A stretch of 64,000 bases of DNA from assembly GCA_034520885.1 (NCBI GenBank), contig JAXHNE010000005.1, positions 77,748-141,747 of the forward strand, given 5' to 3'. Below, one piece after another: positions 9,656 through 17,764 of the stretch; the stretch's first letter is position 1; each line of letters begins with the position of its first letter. The stretch comes from Candidatus Saccharimonadota bacterium (lineage in GTDB: Bacteria > Patescibacteriota > Saccharimonadia > Saccharimonadales > JAXHNE01). A model generated the notes under the pieces. That model did no database searches, was not told the DNA's origin, and saw nothing but the letters and a program-made list of their open reading frames with translations. Made by a program: the position numbers and the translations under genes.

Positions 9656-9729
9656 TATACTGCAAAGCAATGAAGCAAAAAACGTTCCCGCAAAAACTAT
9701 CCCGGGTTGATTTAGGATCTAACTGTTAG
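9656..9729 (+). pseudogene. orphaned copy of the orn promoter plus first ~18 codons
   Basis: TATACT at 9656-9661, then 8 nt, then ATG 9670 giving MKQKTFPQKLSRVDLGSNC stop. Compare real Orn MKKNNKLPTKLFWVDLEMTG. Confidence 0.6.
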
Positions 9730-10541
9730 ACTGGATCAAAACCAAGAGGTGGCGTGGCGTCTTTTTGGTGGGCGTAAATAGTGTAGTCGCCTGGTTCATT
9801 TCGTACAAAATTATGCATTGCGGGAGCCAACTTTTCAGTTCCTTGCCAGATAAGGCTTGTAGTATCAGGTATCAGCATTGCTTCGTGAATGTCAGTGCTC
9901 ACAGGTAAGTCACGATTAAAAATAAGACGTAGCGAACCATGATATTGCGGGGTTTCAAATTTTTCTGCAGCGATCCGAGCTCGTGCATCAGCTAAAAGAT
10001 CGTCTCTTTCTTCATTCGAGTATGGTAATTTTTCGATTGTATCCGCTGCTTCTACGTAGGTCGCAAATGCTGACCCAGCCATATGCCTCGCCTGTAAAAC
10101 ACCCCCACCACGTTCGTTATGATGGACTATCCATGGTAAAAAGCCACCATTAAAGTAGGTATCAAAGTGTGGGCCTACGGACATCTCGCCAGCTCTTGAA
10201 GAGCGAACATTGACACCTTGCTGTCCATTAACAGCGTGCAGTACACCATCAAGCGTGAGTTTAGAACTTACAACATAGGCGGGGAAGACTGGTTTTTCAC
10301 GTCTGTTTGCTGTAGTTGAGGCTACTTCCTCAAGTGTTTTCAAAACTGGGATTTTCCCCGCAGCTTTGGCTATCCTATTTAATGTTTCAGTAACTTTTTG
10401 GTCATACTCTCTTTTCGCAGCCCGAGATTCTTGTTGGCGTAACCTTTGTCCACCAGCATCAACAATACGTCTTGCTCCTAGTTGTTGACGTCTCCGCATT
10501 GATCTACCCACACCGTTTCGTATTGGATTGTTCCCAAGCAT
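9726..10541 (-). CDS. hypothetical protein, sole cargo of the segment inserted between two copies of the orn 5' end
   Basis: 271-aa intact ORF with a basic N-terminus and no motif I recognise. Confidence 0.6.
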   Translation of the reverse strand: MLGNNPIRNGVGRSMRRRQQLGARRIVDAGGQRLRQQESRAAKREYDQKVTETLNRIAKAAGKIPVLKTLEEVASTTANRREKPVFPAYVVSSKLTLDGVLHAVNGQQGVNVRSSRAGEMSVGPHFDTYFNGGFLPWIVHHNERGGGVLQARHMAGSAFATYVEAADTIEKLPYSNEERDDLLADARARIAAEKFETPQYHGSLRLIFNRDLPVSTDIHEAMLIPDTTSLIWQGTEKLAPAMHNFVRNEPGDYTIYAHQKDATPPLGFDPV

Positions 10542-10575
10542 GAACCCATTATAACAGCCCTCATTATATTACTGC

Positions 10576-10723
10576 TATACTGCTACTAATGAAAAAGACA
10601 GAGAAGCTACCTGAGAAGTTGTTTTGGGTTGATTTGGGAATGGCCCCGCACCAAACTCTTGAAGCTACACAATCTGATTGCTTACTGCTCCGCTCAGGAG
10701 TTGGTGCGGGGCAGGCCGGGTAA
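10576..10723 (+). other. second orn promoter/5' copy, opening a 44-codon uORF through hairpin E1
   Basis: TATACT at 10576-10581, then 7 nt, then ATG 10589 giving MKKTEKLPEKLFWVDLGMA.... Stop at 10721-10723, 4 nt before the real ATG. Confidence 0.65.
10644..10711 (+). repeat. MITE-like hairpin element E1
   Basis: CCCCGCACCAAACTC...GGAGTTGGTGCGGGG terminal inverted repeats. Sits 16 nt upstream of the orn ATG. Confidence 0.8.
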
Positions 10724-10727
10724 AGCT

Positions 10728-11282
10728 ATGAAAAAGAATAACAAGCTACCAACTAAACTTTTTTGGGTAGATTTAGAAATGACTGGTTTGGATCCGGAAA
10801 AGGATGTCATCCTGGAAGTTGCCGCGGAAATCACCGACTTTAAGTTCAAAACCCTGGAAAGCTATGAGGCCATGGTGCGGGGCGGTAATCGCAAAACGGT
10901 GGTGCAGCGCATGCAGGCCAACACCTGGTGGGCGGATTTTCCGGGTAATCGCGATACTTTCGTTGACGGGCTAGAGGAAGCCACGCCGCTGGGAGTGGTA
11001 GAGGACGAACTCATTGATTTACTCAAAAAACACTTCGGCAACGAACCGGCCATTTTAGCGGGTAACTCCATTCATTCCGACCGCGCATTCATTAAAAAGT
11101 GGTGGCCGTCGCTTGACCTGAAATTACATTACCGCATGCTAGATGTCAGTAGTTTTAAGGTGTTGATGCAGGGCAAGTACGGGGAAGAGTTCGAAAAAGA
11201 CAACCCCCACCGCGCTTACGACGACATCCAAGCCTCGATTGCCGAATTAGAACACTACATTGAATTTATGAAAACTAGCTAA
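10728..11282 (+). CDS. orn: oligoribonuclease (DEDDh exonuclease)
   Basis: FWVDLEMTGLD, GNSIHSDRAF and HRAYDDIQASI. The ORF-track start at 10629 reads through hairpin element E1 and is not the real start. Confidence 0.9.
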   Translation: MKKNNKLPTKLFWVDLEMTGLDPEKDVILEVAAEITDFKFKTLESYEAMVRGGNRKTVVQRMQANTWWADFPGNRDTFVDGLEEATPLGVVEDELIDLLKKHFGNEPAILAGNSIHSDRAFIKKWWPSLDLKLHYRMLDVSSFKVLMQGKYGEEFEKDNPHRAYDDIQASIAELEHYIEFMKTS

Positions 11283-11328
11283 AACGTACATGCTTGCAAT
11301 TTTATGAGCTGCAAGGGATGCTTGAATC

Positions 11329-11862
11329 ATGAAAACTTACTACCATGCGGTTCATCCCCCGTATGAAAACGACCGATTAGGTCTAGAATCAATTCGCGAT
11401 GACTTTGAGGCTGATCCGGTCCTTTCGCAAGACAGGGATCGCTTGATTGTTATTGGAGGTGCAAACCTTGTATTGCGTGGCATCATTGATCACACACCAG
11501 ATGTTGATGTGCTCGCACCAAAAACTTTCTTAGAAATCATGGCAATCTATGACCACGTCGAAGAGCTACCCGTACCACGCCGTGCACGGGAGGCAGGAGC
11601 TACCAATACGAGCATTCGCTTTAAAACACAACTGGGTGGTAATTGGGTCTGCGCAACCGATGCACTTGGGGATGGATATTATCCAATGTCTTACGATGGG
11701 CTAAACCAGCAACCTGGATCTACAGAAATGATTGAGGGAGTTCGTTGCTTGTCTTTAGGTAGGGTGATTTCCTCGAAAAGGGCCCTTGGGCGGGAGAGAG
11801 ATCTGGTACATCTCGAAGCCATCAAATACTACCAATCAGAAAATTGGGGTGAACCGTTTTAG
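11329..11862 (+). CDS. hypothetical protein (weak nucleotidyltransferase-fold resemblance)
   Basis: 177 aa. GGANLVLRG...TPDVDVL resembles minimal nucleotidyltransferase motifs, but the call is weak. Confidence 0.45.
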   Translation: MKTYYHAVHPPYENDRLGLESIRDDFEADPVLSQDRDRLIVIGGANLVLRGIIDHTPDVDVLAPKTFLEIMAIYDHVEELPVPRRAREAGATNTSIRFKTQLGGNWVCATDALGDGYYPMSYDGLNQQPGSTEMIEGVRCLSLGRVISSKRALGRERDLVHLEAIKYYQSENWGEPF

Positions 11863-11879
11863 TACGCTACTATTGATTC

Positions 11880-12404
11880 ATGAATCATAAACAAGTTGAA
11901 GAATATGTACTCAGTATGCCAAACACAGTGTTGGATTATCCGTTTGGCGAAGAAGTCGCCGTCTACAAAGTATTTGTTCCTGCAGAGTCCAGCGCCTCGC
12001 ACATGGATGCAGCGCAAGGAAGCAAGGAGGAGCAAGCGAGCCGTACTGGCGGTACGGTGAGTGAGAGACAGACGCCAGCTGACGCAGCGATGCGCCATGA
12101 GCCTGGACGGGCTGCTGGCTCTGCCAGCGGGCAAGACCAGGCGGTGCGTGGCGACTGGAAGATGTTTGCTTTAATTCCGGAAGGCAAGGATCCGGTGCGG
12201 ATTAGCCTTAAGTGCGACCCCAAGCTTTCCGAAGTCTTGCGCGAACGCTACGAAACGGTCATGGAAGGCTATCACCTCAACAAAAAACACTGGAACACCA
12301 TTGTGCTTACCGGCCAATTACCGTGGAAGGACATAGAGGCGTTGATAAATCACAGTTACGATTTGGTCACTAAATCTGGCGGCGAAGTTCCCACGATTGA
12401 ATAA
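11880..12404 (+). CDS. MmcQ/YjbR-family protein carrying a ~55-aa low-complexity in-frame insertion
   Basis: VLDYPFGEEVAVYKV...[insert]...KMFALI...ISLKCDP...GYHLNKKHWNTIVL. Confidence 0.75.
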   Translation: MNHKQVEEYVLSMPNTVLDYPFGEEVAVYKVFVPAESSASHMDAAQGSKEEQASRTGGTVSERQTPADAAMRHEPGRAAGSASGQDQAVRGDWKMFALIPEGKDPVRISLKCDPKLSEVLRERYETVMEGYHLNKKHWNTIVLTGQLPWKDIEALINHSYDLVTKSGGEVPTIE

Positions 12405-12434
12405 ACTGTTATATAACTAGTTATATAACAGTTT
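12403..12434 (+). terminator. 15-bp perfect hairpin after the YjbR-like gene
   Basis: AAACTGTTATATAAC-TA-GTTATATAACAGTTT overlaps the stop codon. The T-run is weak. Confidence 0.5.
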
Positions 12435-12546
12435 ATAGTTGTCAGTGTTCAATTGTCCGTTCTCAGTCTTCAGTGAGCAGATTACGGACACCAAATCACG
12501 GATAACAATTCAAAATATGAAAACTGGCGCCAAACGACTTGATAAG

Positions 12547-12572
12547 TAATACTAGAGTTAATTCTAGTATTA
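12547..12572. repeat. 26-bp palindrome TAATACTAGAGTTAATTCTAGTATTA
   Basis: One-mismatch copy of the perfect palindrome at 23787-23812. Confidence 0.8.
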
Positions 12573-12669
12573 TTGTTCCGTAACGGAGGAGTAGCGACCG
12601 TAACTATGCAGCTAAAGTTGCAGTTAACTACCAATTATAGAAAGCTGTCTGTTCAGCTTCATCCCCAGC

Positions 12670-12887
12670 AATCTTTTGAGTCGGCAAAAGATTGCAACAA
12701 AAGCCGACAGGCGGCTGCCCGGAACCGGACTGCCCGCAGAACATAAAACGAGTGTGCTTCCTGCGGGAACGACCCTAAAGGGCTCGGCCACGCTGCTTTA
12801 TCTAAAGCAGGCAGCTTAGGCTGTCCTCAAGCAATGACTCACTCGTTTTATGCCCTCCGAACAATCTGTCCGGGCAGAGCCTGGAAG
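12670..12887 (+). ncRNA. unclassified structured RNA, copy B
   Basis: Same cores as copy A. The long-range helix 12742-12754/12840-12852 replaces the copy A helix with an unrelated but complementary sequence. Confidence 0.65.
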
Positions 12888-12989
12888 CCAGGTGAACAAC
12901 TGCTCCAAAGCAGTTGTAACTATATAAAAAACAAGCTTGAAGCTTGTTTACTGGTTTTACCCGGATCACCCAATAAGTTTAAGCAGAGC

Positions 12990-13209
12990 TTGGAATTCCT
13001 TTGTCATTATTTCTCATCTTCATTCTTCAATTCTCATTCCCCGATCTGCCAACTACCACCCACTAACTTCCACCCCCCTAATCCCTATAACCTAGCCACT
13101 AAAACCTAAAACCTGCTTTTAACCTATGAACTATGAACCCAGAACTCTTTCCTCAATCCTCAATCCCCGATCTCCTATCTACTACCTACCAACTACGAAC
13201 TTCTAACTC
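12990..13209 (-). repeat. C-poor (minus-strand) word tract 3' of gene 13210-13800
   Basis: The plus strand is almost G-free, with CCATC, CTAAC and CTACC words. Confidence 0.7.
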
Positions 13210-13800
13210 CTACTCCGTCGTTTCAACGATTTTCCGTAAATCATCATACAGGTTGCTATAGACCTCTTTGTTGCTACTGGAACTCGAAGCTTCGTGGGCG
13301 GCTTGTAATTCGCCCTGGTATTCTTGAATCTCCTCGATTAACAGGGGAATGAATACTTCGTCGAACCGGCTGCGTTGTTCGGCCTGGGTGAGCGTCTCGT
13401 CCGTTTCGGTATCTTGGCCGGCGGCCAGTAGTTTGGAGGAAATATCTTGGTTTCTTTCGGCAATGGCAATAATATCCGCTTGGTCCGACAGCAAAGTGAG
13501 CCGCGTACCATTGGCCAGATTTTTGGCGTCCTGTCCGCGGGCTTTGTCGGTGCCGACTTCACTGACGCGTACCAGTTCGGTATGCATTTGGGCCAGGCGC
13601 AAGGTGCGTTCCGGCGAATCACCGCCGCTACCGCCGAAAATAAGCGAAAACAACATAATCACTACGAACAAAAGCACCGCTCCGCCACCGGCAACGATCA
13701 TAATGCGCCGTTTTTTACTCGGTCCTTGTTTGGTGGGCGCTCCGGACAAAAAAGAGTAATCCGGCTTGTTGTCACTCGGTTGCATAAGCATAAGTATCAA
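13210..13800 (-). CDS. hypothetical membrane-anchored protein
   Basis: 196 aa with a single TM segment (IMIVAGGGAVLLFVVIMLFSLIF). Confidence 0.5.
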   Translation of the reverse strand: MILMLMQPSDNKPDYSFLSGAPTKQGPSKKRRIMIVAGGGAVLLFVVIMLFSLIFGGSGGDSPERTLRLAQMHTELVRVSEVGTDKARGQDAKNLANGTRLTLLSDQADIIAIAERNQDISSKLLAAGQDTETDETLTQAEQRSRFDEVFIPLLIEEIQEYQGELQAAHEASSSSSNKEVYSNLYDDLRKIVETTE

Positions 13801-13912
13801 GTATCACGCCTCAAGTATCAAGAGCAAAACGCGAGCAATAGCTTGAACTCATGCCAAGAACGAACTACTAAATACTATCTACGAACTACTGTCCAGTGTA
13901 CACTGGAGTTAT

Positions 13913-15676
13913 ATGAATGCCGTGGATGACATTAAAGATCGCGTGGCGATTGAGGACGTAGTGGGTGACTACGTGGAGCTCAAGCGTTCCGGCCGTAATT
14001 ACAAAGGCCTAAGTCCGTTCACCGGCGAAAAAACCGCCAGTTTCATGGTCAGTCCGGAAAAGCAGATTTGGCACGACTTTTCCTCCGGCAAGGGCGGAAA
14101 TATGTTCAGCTTCGTTATGGAAATGGAAGGCGTGGAATTCAAGGGGGCGCTGGAACTTTTGGCCCGCAAAGCCGGCATTGATTTAAGCCAGTACCGCAGC
14201 AGCCAGTATAAAGATTCCGCCAAGTTAAAGGAGCGGCTTTTAAAAGCGCACGAGCTGGCCACCAAGTTTTACCAGGTGCAATTTTCTAAACACCAAGACG
14301 CACTTAATTATGTGTTCAAAACCCGGGGGTTCAGCAAAGACGTCGCCTTGGAGTTTAAGCTCGGTTACGCGCCGAATAACGGCACCGCACTGGCGGATTA
14401 CCTCACCAAACAGGGGTTTTCCAAAGAGGAAATGGGCAAGGCCGGATTGGTCAGCACGCGTTTTAAAAACCCCAGCGATATGTTCCGCGGGCGGATCATG
14501 GTGCCGCTTATGGATTCGTTCGGGAAGGTCATCGGTTTTACCGGGCGTATTTTAGAGGACGCCCATTCGCCGGCCAGCGAAGCGCCCAAATACCTCAACA
14601 CGCCGCAAACCATGCTTTACGACAAAGGGCGGCATATTTTCGGCTTGCATTTGGCCAAGGAATCGATCCGTAAGAAAAAGCGGGCGGTCATGGTGGAGGG
14701 CAACCTGGATGTGATTGCCAGCCACCAGGCGGGCGTCAAGGAAGTCGTAGCTACCGCGGGCACGGCCATGACGCCCATGCACTTAAAAGCCATTGGCCGT
14801 TTGACCGATGACGTGCGCATCGCCTTTGACCAGGACGACGCCGGCCTGCGTGCCGCGGAACGTACCATCCCTTTGGCCAGCCAAGCCGGCGTTAATTTGA
14901 GTATCATCACCGTCCCGGAAGGCAAAGACCCCGACGATTTGATCAAAAAAGACCCTTCGGCGTGGGAGAAAGCCATTAAAAAGAACCAATACGCGCTGGA
15001 TTGGCTCATAAAGCGAAAGAAAGAGGAGTTCGATATTACCGGCGCGGAAGGCAAGCGGCGGTTCACCGATTCACTGATGCAAACCATTCGTGAATTAAAA
15101 GATCCGGTAGAACAGGATCACTATATCCAAGTGTTGGCCAAGGAGATTAACGTCAGTGCGGAAGCCCTGCGCAGTAAGTTCGAGGACGCCCCGCAAAAAA
15201 CCGCCCGGCGTAAAAAAGAACCGCCGCCAAACAAGGACGAACACATCGTTCAGGAGCAAATGAAGCTGCTGAAAATCCAGGATCACTTGCTGTGCTTAAT
15301 TTTGCTGCAACCCGCGCTCAGATATCACATTGACGAATTCGGCGATAACGTGCTGGTCACCGACCAAGCCAAACAACTTCACGGCTTTCTTAAGGGCAAT
15401 CAAAATTTTACCGGCGACCCCAAAGAGGCCGAGGAATTGAAGGACATCGCTGATTATGTTAAAATTTTAGGATTGCAATACGAGGAATTGTATCAGGGAC
15501 TAGAGCTCCTAGAACTTCGGAATGAAGTTGCTCGCCTGAAACTTCGTTTGACGGATCAATACGTAAAAACCAAAAAGGCCACGATCACCAAAGAGTTGGA
15601 GACGGCCGATGAAACTCGAACCAAAGAGTTGCTGGAAGAAGCCAAGCGGCTCGACGAAATGCGCATCAATCAATAG
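13913..15676 (+). CDS. dnaG: DNA primase
   Basis: Zinc-ribbon region SPFTGEKTASFMVSPEKQIWHDFSSGKGGN and Toprim block VMVEGNLDVIASHQAG...FDQDDAG. Confidence 0.95.
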   Translation: MNAVDDIKDRVAIEDVVGDYVELKRSGRNYKGLSPFTGEKTASFMVSPEKQIWHDFSSGKGGNMFSFVMEMEGVEFKGALELLARKAGIDLSQYRSSQYKDSAKLKERLLKAHELATKFYQVQFSKHQDALNYVFKTRGFSKDVALEFKLGYAPNNGTALADYLTKQGFSKEEMGKAGLVSTRFKNPSDMFRGRIMVPLMDSFGKVIGFTGRILEDAHSPASEAPKYLNTPQTMLYDKGRHIFGLHLAKESIRKKKRAVMVEGNLDVIASHQAGVKEVVATAGTAMTPMHLKAIGRLTDDVRIAFDQDDAGLRAAERTIPLASQAGVNLSIITVPEGKDPDDLIKKDPSAWEKAIKKNQYALDWLIKRKKEEFDITGAEGKRRFTDSLMQTIRELKDPVEQDHYIQVLAKEINVSAEALRSKFEDAPQKTARRKKEPPPNKDEHIVQEQMKLLKIQDHLLCLILLQPALRYHIDEFGDNVLVTDQAKQLHGFLKGNQNFTGDPKEAEELKDIADYVKILGLQYEELYQGLELLELRNEVARLKLRLTDQYVKTKKATITKELETADETRTKELLEEAKRLDEMRINQ

Positions 15677-15688
15677 AGGAGGCAACAC

Positions 15689-16828
15689 GTGCCAAAGAGT
15701 AAAAAGACCAAGAAGGTAAAGGTCGAACAGGCCGAAGCCGCCTTGCAACAAATCAAGGACGAGCTGTACAAAAAAGCCAAAAAAGAAGGGACGATTGACC
15801 AAAAAGAGATTTTTCAGGTTATCCCTGATACACCGGCCAACGCCGAAATCTTGGACGAATTGTATACCCAGCTGGCCGATAAGAACATCGACATCACCAG
15901 CGGCAAAGAGAAGGACATCAAAGACGGCTGGGAAGACGGCGAAGACGACGAGGAAGATATCGACGAAAAGTCCGCCAAAAAGGCTTACTTGGATGATATT
16001 TCCGATGACTCCGTCCGGCTTTACTTGCGTGAAATCGGAAAAATTCCACTGCTTACGGCCGAGGAAGAGCTGGAGTTGGCCAATAAAGTGGTCGCCGGCG
16101 ATAAACGCGCCAAAGACCAAATGGCGGAAGCTAACATGCGCTTGGTGGTGTCTATCGCCAAACGCTACGTCGGGCGTGGACTCGACCTTCTGGACTTGAT
16201 TCAAGAAGGAAATACCGGTTTGCTACGCGCCGTGGAGAAGTTCGACCCCGACAAGGGCTTTAAGTTTTCCACCTACGCCACCTGGTGGATTCGCCAGGCC
16301 ATTACCCGTGCCATTGCCGACCAGGCGCGCACCATTCGTATTCCGGTGCACATGGTGGAAACCATCAACAAACTGCTGCGTACCCAACGCCGCTTGACGC
16401 AGGAAATGAACCGCGAACCGACCAACGAAGAGATCGCCAAGGCCATGGATATCGAGGTGGAAAAAGTCGTACACATCATGAAGATCAAGCAGGACATTTC
16501 CTCACTCGACGCCAGCGTGCGTGATGACGAGGAAGATTCCGTGCTCGGTGACTTCATTGAAGACGAAGACACTGTCACGCCGGAAGAATCCGCCACCGGC
16601 CAGCTGTTGAAGGAACACGTCAAAGATATGCTAGGCAGCTTGACCGAGCGCGAGCAAAAGATCTTAAAACTGCGCTTTGGCTTAGAAGACGGCAAAAGCC
16701 ATACGCTGGAAGAAGTCGGGCAGGAATTCAGCGTCACGCGTGAGCGTATTCGCCAAATCGAAGCCAAGGCACTGACCAAGCTGCGCAAACATCGTGATAG
16801 TAAGCGTTTGCATGACTACATCAAATAG
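15689..16828 (+). CDS. rpoD: primary RNA polymerase sigma factor
   Basis: [18 protein letters not shown] and [30 protein letters not shown], plus region 4 [25 protein letters not shown] start follows GAGGAGG. Confidence 0.97.
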   Translation: MPKSKKTKKVKVEQAEAALQQIKDELYKKAKKEGTIDQKEIFQVIPDTPANAEILDELYTQLADKNIDITSGKEKDIKDGWEDGEDDEEDIDEKSAKKAYLDDISDDSVRLYLREIGKIPLLTAEEELELANKVVAGDKRAKDQMAEANMRLVVSIAKRYVGRGLDLLDLIQEGNTGLLRAVEKFDPDKGFKFSTYATWWIRQAITRAIADQARTIRIPVHMVETINKLLRTQRRLTQEMNREPTNEEIAKAMDIEVEKVVHIMKIKQDISSLDASVRDDEEDSVLGDFIEDEDTVTPEESATGQLLKEHVKDMLGSLTEREQKILKLRFGLEDGKSHTLEEVGQEFSVTRERIRQIEAKALTKLRKHRDSKRLHDYIK

Positions 16829-16830
16829 AC

Positions 16831-17033
16831 GTTAGAGGGTAGAAGGTGGAAGTTGGAAGATGGTAGGTGGAAGGTGGAAGATGGCAAGCGACTTTGTCGC
16901 AATGGATGATAGGTGAGGATTAATAGGTAATAGGTGGTATGTGGGTGGAAGATGGAATTTGGAAGATAGAAGATGGAAGATGGTAGGTGGTAGGTGGAAG
17001 TTTGGGAAAAAGTAATAAGTAATAAGTAATAAG
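16831..17033 (+). repeat. C-free G/A/T word tract 3' of rpoD
   Basis: No C at 16831-16884 or at 16901-17033. Built from GGAAGATGG, GGTAGGTGG and GTAATAAGT words. The only interruption is the GCGAC-TTT-GTCGC hairpin. Confidence 0.85.
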
Positions 17034-17139
17034 CAAAAAGTAGAGTGTACTTCTACTCGACCCCCCTAACCTCCAACGTCTAACCTCGAGCCTCAAACAT
17101 CTAACTTCCACTCTGATCCTATGATATGATTTTAAGCGA

Positions 17140-17745
17140 ATGAAACATGTGAAAATTATCGGGATTGGCGGTCTGCCGCGGAGCGGAAAAGATTCTTTGG
17201 CCGAGCATTTTATGAAAGCCGGTTTTTTCGGCGTGTCGCTGGGTGATATCAATCGCGAATACACACGGGAACGACACGCGGGCAAGCCCGACCCGATTTC
17301 GGTAGAAAACATGACGGAAACCTCCAACTGGTTGCGCAAAGAACACGGCGCAGACTTCTTTTTACAAGAAGCTTTGCGGCGCTACGAAGCGCATGATAAA
17401 CCCTCCGAAGGGTTGGTGCTTTTTAGTATTCGCGCGCCAATTGAAGTCGATTTCATCTTGGAGCGCGGTGGGGAGCTAATTTGGGTAGAAGCCAGCGCGG
17501 AAGTCCGCCACGACCGCGGCCGTGCTCATTTACGCGACGGCGAAGTACCCATAAGTTTGGAAGAATTTAAGCGCCAAGAAGCCAAGCAGTGGGAGCCGCA
17601 ACCCGGACAAGACAGCGAAAGCCAAATGAATATTTCCTACGTCAAGCAAAAGGCCACCCTTACCTTTGAAAATAACGGCAATAGTTTTCGTGCATTTCAC
17701 GAACAAGCTGACGAACTCGTTAAACGGCTGACCGGTCTCCAATAA
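17140..17745 (+). CDS. P-loop nucleotide/nucleoside kinase-like protein
   Basis: Walker A motif GIGGLPRSGKDS at the N-terminus. 201 aa. Confidence 0.55.
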   Translation: MKHVKIIGIGGLPRSGKDSLAEHFMKAGFFGVSLGDINREYTRERHAGKPDPISVENMTETSNWLRKEHGADFFLQEALRRYEAHDKPSEGLVLFSIRAPIEVDFILERGGELIWVEASAEVRHDRGRAHLRDGEVPISLEEFKRQEAKQWEPQPGQDSESQMNISYVKQKATLTFENNGNSFRAFHEQADELVKRLTGLQ

Positions 17746-17747
17746 TG

Positions 17748-17764
17748 TATACTGGTAGATAATG
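17748..17764 (+). promoter_or_regulatory. -10 TATACT 8 nt before the polyprenyl synthase ATG
   Basis: TATACT-ggtagata-ATG. Confidence 0.5.

Noticed and set aside
9300-9673. ORFs in low-complexity tracts (9300-9536, 9452-9673, 12834-13109, 16920-17339)
   Set aside because: They lie in the structured-RNA copies or in the C/G-depleted word tracts. The absence of stop codons there is a compositional artefact.
10644-10711. Hairpin elements as integron attC sites
   Set aside because: The terminal repeats (CACCAAC / GTTGGTG) do not fit the RYYYAAC/GTTRRRY cores. The elements sit upstream of gene starts rather than after cassettes. No integrase is present.
9216-12887. The two RNA-like repeats as a diversity-generating retroelement TR/VR pair
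   Set aside because: No reverse transcriptase is nearby. Neither copy lies in a coding region. The differences between copies are paired compensatory changes, not adenine-specific substitutions.
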